Shown in pieces: positions 35,095 through 41,988 of a stretch of DNA of 41,988 nucleotides. This DNA is from Asterionella formosa (taxonomy: Eukaryota). The stretch is taken from NCBI GenBank assembly GCA_002256025.1, contig NKIB01014626.1, positions 1-41,988 of the forward strand, written 5' to 3'. The notes beneath the pieces are model-generated. The model did no database searches. It had not been told where the DNA came from and saw nothing but the letters and a program-made list of their open reading frames with translations. The translations under genes and the position numbers were made by a program. Every line of letters starts with the position of its first letter. The first letter of the stretch is position 1.

Positions 35095-35900
35095 TTACAT
35101 ATTGATTGATTTAACGTACTGTATGCCTAATTTTGTCCTCACAATTATACTTCTCACTCTATCCTGCCTCCGTGGTGGTTTTTTTGTTGTTCCACCAGCA
35201 GCCACATGATTGTCTACTGCAGCCTCCACATCAGCTCCAACCTCATCAATGTACACCTGCGCCTCTGAACCATTAACAACAATCAGTCCCCGCTCAACTG
35301 GATTATTATTGTCAGTTCTCAGCAGATATGATTTCATATGCAGCTTTAATCCTACGTGTTAGTGATTGAGGCAGGTAACCCTGCAATGTAGGCTCAAACA
35401 CTGCCCACAAAAATGGAGGTGCCAGCACCAGTGCACCGTCACGTGCATACTCAGTGCAAATATTTGGGACCACATACTGTAAAAGCCAGCTGTCTGACAC
35501 TCCGTTTGATTCCTTTATGACATATTTGCATGCTCCACCAATGCAAAGTGCTACGGCCACCTTGGCATCAGGGTAGGGGAGCTCTACATCTATGTACGTA
35601 TCCACTTGCCTTGTATGTCTTTTCCAGCGCCCGCGGAAGTCAATATCATCCATGGAGCATCCATTTCTTCTTGCATGCATCGATGTCACAACTTTCTCGA
35701 ACTCACTCTTTGCCCAAACATCGTCTCGCAGGATCCGATATGCTCTATTCTTTGCGTTTTGGGGAGAGTCAGTTTGGATATCGAAGACAAAGTTTGCAAA
35801 ACACTGCTTTCGATGGACCGTCTGCAAAAAAAATCATATTCCCTTGATGCATCATAGGATTGTAATCATCTGATCATAATTTTTCGTTATATCATCTAAG
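35095..35900 (-). mobile_element. Fragment of a second, distinct Crypton-like tyrosine-recombinase element
   Basis: ARRNGCSMDDIDFRGRWK..QVDTYIDVELPYPDAKVAVALCIGG..WLLQYVVPNI..ALVLA..LWA, followed after a frameshift by NPVE...VYIDE. The expected GTHSxRK block immediately upstream appears deleted. Confidence 0.75.
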
Positions 35901-36481
35901 AATTTTGATAAATGCCCTTGTAATTTAAATAGTAACCCTTTTGAATATGCATATTTAATTATTATATGTATTGTTTCTATTATATTCCTGTATTTGAATT
36001 TCTTGGTAGTAGGATAATGTACCAGCTAAAGTAATGTAATTTGGCTCGCCAGTTCCATCTGTCATCATTCCGATTTTTGCAACAACAACGAAATACCAGT
36101 GATGAGAAGTGGAATGAGTGCTTGCGATAACATCTTCAATTGTTGGTCAAGCGATCATTATATCTTTGAGTAATTGTCTTGTGCAGTGAACCTTTGTTCA
36201 TAATCATTCAATGAAGAGTTTACAGAGAAGAAATCAGTCGAACTTGTAATGGTTCCGCACACAGCGCAAATAGTAAATCTGTTTCGTCAACCACCAGCAT
36301 GACAATATCGCAAATCAACTTGTAAACAAACACATTCTACTTGTTCTATTTTCAATTCTCACATGATACTACATCTAGAAGGAGATACGAAAATGTAGAA
36401 TGATTCTGATTACAATTTCTCTCATATCGCTCATTTCCGCATTTCGCATGCATGCTGCACATGTATTTGCGTCTTTGATAC

Positions 36482-36961
36482 CATCAAGAGAGCAACAGCA
36501 AGTGCCTCTCTTCATTGTTGTTTGCTCATGGAAAAACCGCCTGGTATCTGAATCATCAACAATAGAAGGAAGAATGTCCTTCGTCATTATCATTGTGGCC
36601 TGCTAAGGGAAAATTTTATATCTGTATCATCATTTGCTTGTTGGAAATGTCAGTGGCCGCAAACCTGCTTAGCGTGTGCGTACACACACTGTCGACTTGT
36701 TTTCATTGGTATGTTGTTCTTGTATTCACTGTTGAAATTGTCCGCATCTTTGTTAACATCAATAGAGCGACAAGTGGGTCTCTTCATTGCTGTTTGCTCC
36801 TGGAAAAGTCGGTGTCTGTGTCATCCTCATCAATAGAGAGACAAGTTCTTTCGCTGGAAAAATTGGTACTCGTGGTATCATCATTCGCTCGTTGGAACCA
36901 CTGTCTGTTGCCTCAAACCTGATTAGCGTGTGAGTATGTGCACTGTCGACTTTTGTACATT
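36482..36961. repeat. Diverged tandem duplication (about 36482-36708 vs 36757-36961)
   Basis: Shared blocks tctcttcattg.tgtttgctc.tggaaaa, gtatcatcatt.gct.gttggaa and caaacctg.ttagcgtgtg.gta...cactgtcgactt. Confidence 0.8.
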
Positions 36962-37243
36962 ACAGGCGGAGTGACTTGTTGGCTACTAAATTACGTGATA
37001 TAATAATATACCCCGTAGCACGATGCATAATACAGTTGCTTCCCAATCATCTCATCATGATTGATAAGATGATACTGCGATATCATGATAGGGTTACATC
37101 GATGCATACATCACCAAAGTATGATACGTAATATTGAGTAAAGGACATCACATAGCTAGGATACATTGATCATAAAACTATGATGATTTTATAAAATGTT
37201 TATGATATAATTTTGATCAAAATATGATCATGTTAAAATAATT

Positions 37244-37549
37244 CAATGACAATAAAAGACGATAAAATATGTACGCAAGTGTTACCAAGACATCATAGAA
37301 AATAAATAAATAAATCATAATTATGTTACTTAATATAGACATTCGCTTTTTAATGTATACAGTTAAAGTCAACAGTTAATATGATAGTATTATACAGCGG
37401 ATAGGATCTAAGTATACGGATGCGTTGATATGAACATCACTATAATATGATTTGTGATATGGATTGATGCATATCACATACCGGTATCCTCAACAACCAG
37501 CCATCACGTTCATTGTCGTGTCGTCTTTCCTTGTTTTAGCTATATATAT
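37244..37549 (+). repeat. Direct repeat of about 305 bp, copy 1
   Basis: Matches 41315-41625. The last 201 bp (37349-37549 vs 41425-41625) differ at two positions by eye. Both copies end in (TA)n. Confidence 0.95.
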
Positions 37550-37734
37550 ATTGGCATGTGTATTGTGTAAACACTACGCTGGCGGAACATGCATATTACA
37601 CTGTCCTCTGTTCAACAATTACTACACTCGGTTAACATCACACCAGTTCCACCTCCACAAGCGCCGCGAAAAGCTCCGCGTTTCCCTTCCACTGTTTTAC
37701 ATCATAGTCTTCTGGACCTTCGACAACTTTCCAA

Positions 37735-39653
37735 ATGGCATTTAACGGATTTCTTGGAAAGGATCAGTCAAACAAGAAAGGAGACTTACTTCCATTGTTT
37801 ACACTAAACGACTTTATGTTTTCGGAAAAGAAGATGAAGAAAGTTATGAAATCAATCGAAGATTCCTTTGAATACACTCAAAGATCAGATGAAATTGAAC
37901 AGATTCATAATACTCTAGAAAAAATAATAAAGCAAGTATGCCGATACAATAGTGGCTGAGATTGAAAAGAAGGAAAGAATGCTTTCGAAGAGCAGAGGAA
38001 ACTCAAACAGTTGGTCTTCGTGGATGAAGACTCTATTCGTACAGAGTCACAGTTCCACCTTCCAGTGTCGTATTTTGCTTATTCACCCGAAATCGCTGAT
38101 AATGAAGAAGAACTCAGTGATTCTCATTCATTTGATGAACAAAATCATGCGATGAATAAAAATATCGGCGAAAATGTGGCAGACATTTCTTCAGAAGTAG
38201 AAATGGTTGAAAAGTTGCAAAACCAAGAAATATGTCTCAATATTTGTCCAGAACGACATCAAGATGAACATCATGAAAGCAGAGAAACTATTGCATTTCT
38301 AAAAGAACCGATATTCAAGAAAAAGTCCGAGCTAGATCAAGACCTCGAATTCAAGAAGATCAATGCAGACAGAGATGTGATGCTGGCTAAGGCAGTTGAT
38401 GCTCTGAATAGGGAACGAAGTCAGAAACACAAAATTGAATCTTTTTCCAAATCATACATGGAAGAAAAAGAATTTCTTTGTAAAATCATTGAAAACTTTT
38501 GTGAAAGGTCGGCATGTGAAATGTGTAGAGTTATTATGCCGAAGAAAGCAAACGGCATTTTCCTTGAGTTTGCCGAAATCGCATGGAAAACTAAAATTGT
38601 GGAAAGAGTTGTACACTCGTACCCCGCAAGATATATGCAATTACTTCTCTGTATTATTTGGAGTCAAAGGTATCAAAAAATCATGTTCAGATTTTAAAGA
38701 TCTTGCATATTGGGACCTTGAAACAATTACCTCTATGATCCATTATATAATTCATGAACTTCATCCAAGTGATGTAAAGGTTATATTAGATCTGGATGAG
38801 AACCCAGAAAAGGATAATAACACTCCATATATATACCAAGGTGATTTTCATCCACTTCATCACGAAAGTAACTATGTGCTAATTGTGTATTGCAAAAGAT
38901 CAGATGAGGAGGAAAAGAATTATTTTGTGCATTATCTTTTTGCTATAAATGATGGATTATGTCAAGTCCGTGACCCAGGAAAAGATGCAAGTGTGGATGA
39001 ACATTATGATCAAGTATTTCACCTTGCCCGTAAGTACTGCATCATCCCCGGATGCAGAATAGAATTGGAATTGTTATGCACCGATACAGTTGATTCAAAA
39101 GCTCGTTTCGCTTGTTGGGGAGCACCAATGTAAAACAAAACCAAATTGCGTAAGTGTTCTTGTCGCTCGTTGGACCTATTCACTTCTGTTGGAACAAAAC
39201 TGACAAAATGTTTACCTTCTCTCAAAGTTAAGCTGACAAAAATGAACCGGTAAGTTTTATTCAACAACATTGGATACTACCCGAAATTTACTTATTCAAG
39301 AATTTACTGACAAGTTACTATTACAGACTTATGCATCAGTTGCATTGATTTGTGGTAAGTGAAGCAAGAGGATACGATGGAATTGCGTGTTCTTGTGTCA
39401 ATGTAACATGACTAGCTAACAAGTCATTCCTTCTCATTGTCACTGTAACTGCATGCATAGGAAAATAAAAACAATCAAACAACGGAATAGTCAGGAAATT
39501 CAGAATGACACTTACAGCAGGGAAAGAGACGCAGCATCAGTAAGGCACTGCCTCGCACACGATTCAGAAAAGATGAAGAAATTGGCGAGACAGGAACAAT
39601 ATACATTGAGCCGAGTAGAGAGAGAAACGTTGGGTCGCTGGCATGTAGATTAA
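37735..39653 (+). pseudogene. Frameshifted, intron-containing accessory gene convergent with the Plavaka transposase
   Basis: Chain of overlapping + ORFs (37735-37959, 38011-38697, 38435-39133, 39453-39653). A GTAAGT..GCTAAC..ATAG intron at 39355-39460 joins LCISCIDLW to KIKTIKQ in frame. Confidence 0.5.
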
Positions 39654-39700
39654 TAGATAGCATTGCTTAATTTGATAGTTAAATTACGATCCATTTCAAT

Positions 39701-41310
39701 CTATTTTGAACCTGAAGCAGAGAATTGAACTTTAACAGGAAGGGATGATGGTGAATGGATCTTGGTAGGCGATATTCCCAAATTATCAGGCGACGTACTA
39801 GGCAACATCCTTGTATCCGGAATCATTCCTTCGAAATCAATTTCTGTTGAAATACCCTCATTTACATTGATATGTACTACTTTACTCATCTTCTGTTGTT
39901 TGTTTTCTGTATGTTATGTATCACTTGCAAAAACCATTTTTCGTGCCAAGGAAAACTGCCTTGTTTCATATGACCTTGTTAAAATGTCATGCTTTAATCG
40001 ATGTTATTGTCCATTGACACGCTTACTGGGTCGTTTCAATTTGTCTTTCAAAAAAGACTCCAAATATCCACCAAAGAAATTCAGAGGAGATCCGAACTTC
40101 CTGATCAGATGAGGTTAATGTTTCATTCCATGAAATTTTGCCATTCGTAAGCCAATTTGAGATATCATTTCCCATTGGGGACCAATCATAATCTTAGCAA
40201 CTGACATAAATTTCTTAACCCTTTCCTCTAAAATATCAATACATGTTGATGTATACTGCGGTATGAATAAAGTGTCATTGATATATATTTATAACCATAA
40301 CAGCAATGTGAAATCCTTTTCTAGGTGCATGTTCTCTGAACCCATCATTCCACCCATTGAAAAAATAGTTAACAGACATAATCCGGGAATTTCTTGCCCT
40401 GACATTTTTGACAAAGCTGTCATCCCAGATCTGTATGAAGATTTTGTGATATCACGATCGCTTTGCCTTTCCAAATGACTATTGCTATGTCTAGCACTTT
40501 GTTCGAAGTATAGTTTCGAAAATACATTTCTGGTGCTGGTACAAGTGTTGGGTCTTGATTTTTGCCAGTGTTGATATTTTTGATAACTGGTGCGTGTGTC
40601 CTTTTTGGTCTTTGCCCGTTTCTTCGGTTGGTCTTGATCAAGAAAAGCAGTTTCTGTTGTTTCAGTGATACGTTTCTGACCAGAGATGCTCTCTGGAATA
40701 TCTGGAGATTTTCTTTCTTTAAAAAACATGTCCATTCTTCAGGGATTGTCCGATAATTGTACAATGATTCCAAAATGTACTCAAAAATCCCAAGTAGTAA
40801 TTGATGAAGAACCTCAAATGGAGTTGCACCAAATAATCCTTCTAAGTCACCACCAAAAAAATGATTTATAAGTGCAGGCATAATAGGATTATGCGATATA
40901 ACACGGCACCACTCGTTTGCAGTTGCGTATTTGCCATTAGATTGGGAGACACAATACTCAGATGGGATACATGGTAATTTTCGATCGGAATATCGGGATT
41001 ATCAGCATCTTCAGTTGAAACCAGGCAATCACGACAAACATATCGTTGATATAATCCATTACCACCCCTGAAACCACAAATTTTGTTGTGCTCTTCTGTA
41101 TCACCAATGATCATTCCAATCTGGAAAAAACTTTTGTCATACCAAGACCATGAACCCAAGTATCGTATGACTTGTTTGGATCTTCGAAAGGCGACAATAG
41201 AAATCCTGTAACAGAATGGTATAATTTGAGTCTACATTAAGACAAGTCATAACTTATTATTTATTTGTTTTGCCAGATCACTGACTTCAATGTCTGGCAA
41301 AAGAGATACC
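39701..41310 (-). mobile_element. Second decayed Plavaka-like transposase, 5' end cut off by the direct repeat
   Basis: Frameshifted fragments read MIIGDTEEHNKICG..CRDC..ADNP, GATPFEVLHQLLLG, RQSDRDITKSSY..KMSGQE and FGSPLNFFGGYLES. Confidence 0.78.
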
Positions 41311-41314
41311 AATA

Positions 41315-41625
41315 CAATGACAATAAAATACGATAAAATATGTACGCAAGTGTTATCGATACATCACAGAATATAAATCAAGCAATCATACATAAAGTAT
41401 GTTAATTAATATATGTGTTTGTCGTTTAATGTATACAGTTAAAGTCAACAGTTAATATGATAGTATTATACAGTGGATAGGATCTAAGTATACGGATGCG
41501 TTGATATGTACATCACTATAATATGATTTGTGATATGGATTGATGCATATCACATACCGGTATCCTCAACAACCAGCCATCACGTTCATTGTCGTGTCGT
41601 CTTTCCTTGTTTTAGCTATATATAT
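41315..41625 (+). repeat. Direct repeat of about 305 bp, copy 2
   Basis: See copy 1; the offset of the near-identical part is 4076 bp. Confidence 0.95.
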
Positions 41626-41988
41626 GCTCAGATCCGTTCCATTGCAAATCTTCCTTCAAAAGGTCAAACTCGTCATCCTTGAGCATTTGCCTTCCAGTGG
41701 CATCGTAGGACTGAAGCGCGTCCAGAAAGATACGCTCCTTTTCGGCTACTGTGAGACGAATGAGTTCCCCACTTTCCGGATCGACGACACAGTATTCCTC
41801 GTCAGGACCACTTTCGTTTTTGCTTGATTCCTATGGGGAAAGATGGAAGTAAGAATTTTTATTCACTCATAAATAGTTACTAACAAAATGGTTATTTGTT
41901 TTTAATCAAGTACAGCCATTTGCAAATAACCGGACGCTGGTGTCGTTTCTTTTGCTCCATCGACCGAGTCGGACAGAATTGTCATGTT
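41626..41988 (-). pseudogene. PGRL1: PGRL1 (PGR5-like 1) 5' portion, truncated at the repeat junction; partial exon 41988-41914, intron 41913-41831, exon 41830-41626
   Basis: Manual translation gives ...GYLQMA|ESSKNESGPDEEYCVVDPESGELIRLTVAEKERIFLDALQSYDATGRQMLKDDEFDLLKEDLQWNGSE. This matches the PGRL1 pattern FLxALQSxY..G..EFDxLKExLxWxGS. The frame then enters the repeat and stops (HIYS*, stop 41614-41612). Confidence 0.85.

Noticed and set aside
37464..37745. Paralogous small ORFs 37464-37745 and 41540-41827
   Set aside because: Their shared N-terminus is simply the direct repeat, and the second one is antisense to the PGRL1 exon.
37244..41625. LTR retrotransposon bounded by the two direct repeats
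   Set aside because: There are no TG..CA ends, PBS, PPT, TSD or gag/pol motifs, and the interior is DNA-transposase-like.

Overview
Eukaryotic nuclear DNA, most likely from a diatom or other photosynthetic stramenopile. The evidence is short GT-AG introns, a PGRL1 fragment and stramenopile-type Crypton, Plavaka and Harbinger transposon relics. Ten apparently intact host genes are present: a TKL-type kinase, a two-domain glycosyltransferase-like protein, a mitochondrial phosphate carrier, a membrane protein with a Cys-rich tail, a 2OG-Fe(II) oxygenase, a TLC-domain protein, TMA46/ZC3H15 and three hypothetical proteins. They are interleaved with decayed transposons: two Crypton-like tyrosine recombinases, two Plavaka-like transposases and one Harbinger/PIF element. 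Two notable signals are missed by the ORF track. (1) A candidate tRNA-Ala-derived SINE family has one full-length copy at 6662-6887, with A/B boxes, a hairpin body and a 13-14 bp target-site duplication, plus two 5'-truncated copies at about 14901-14996 and 34120-34317. (2) A PGRL1 gene at the right edge is cut off exactly at one copy of a ~305-bp direct repeat that brackets a Plavaka-type cassette. Also notable is a membrane protein ending in a duplicated 19-Cys metallothionein-like module. All family assignments come from motif recognition by eye; no database search was run.
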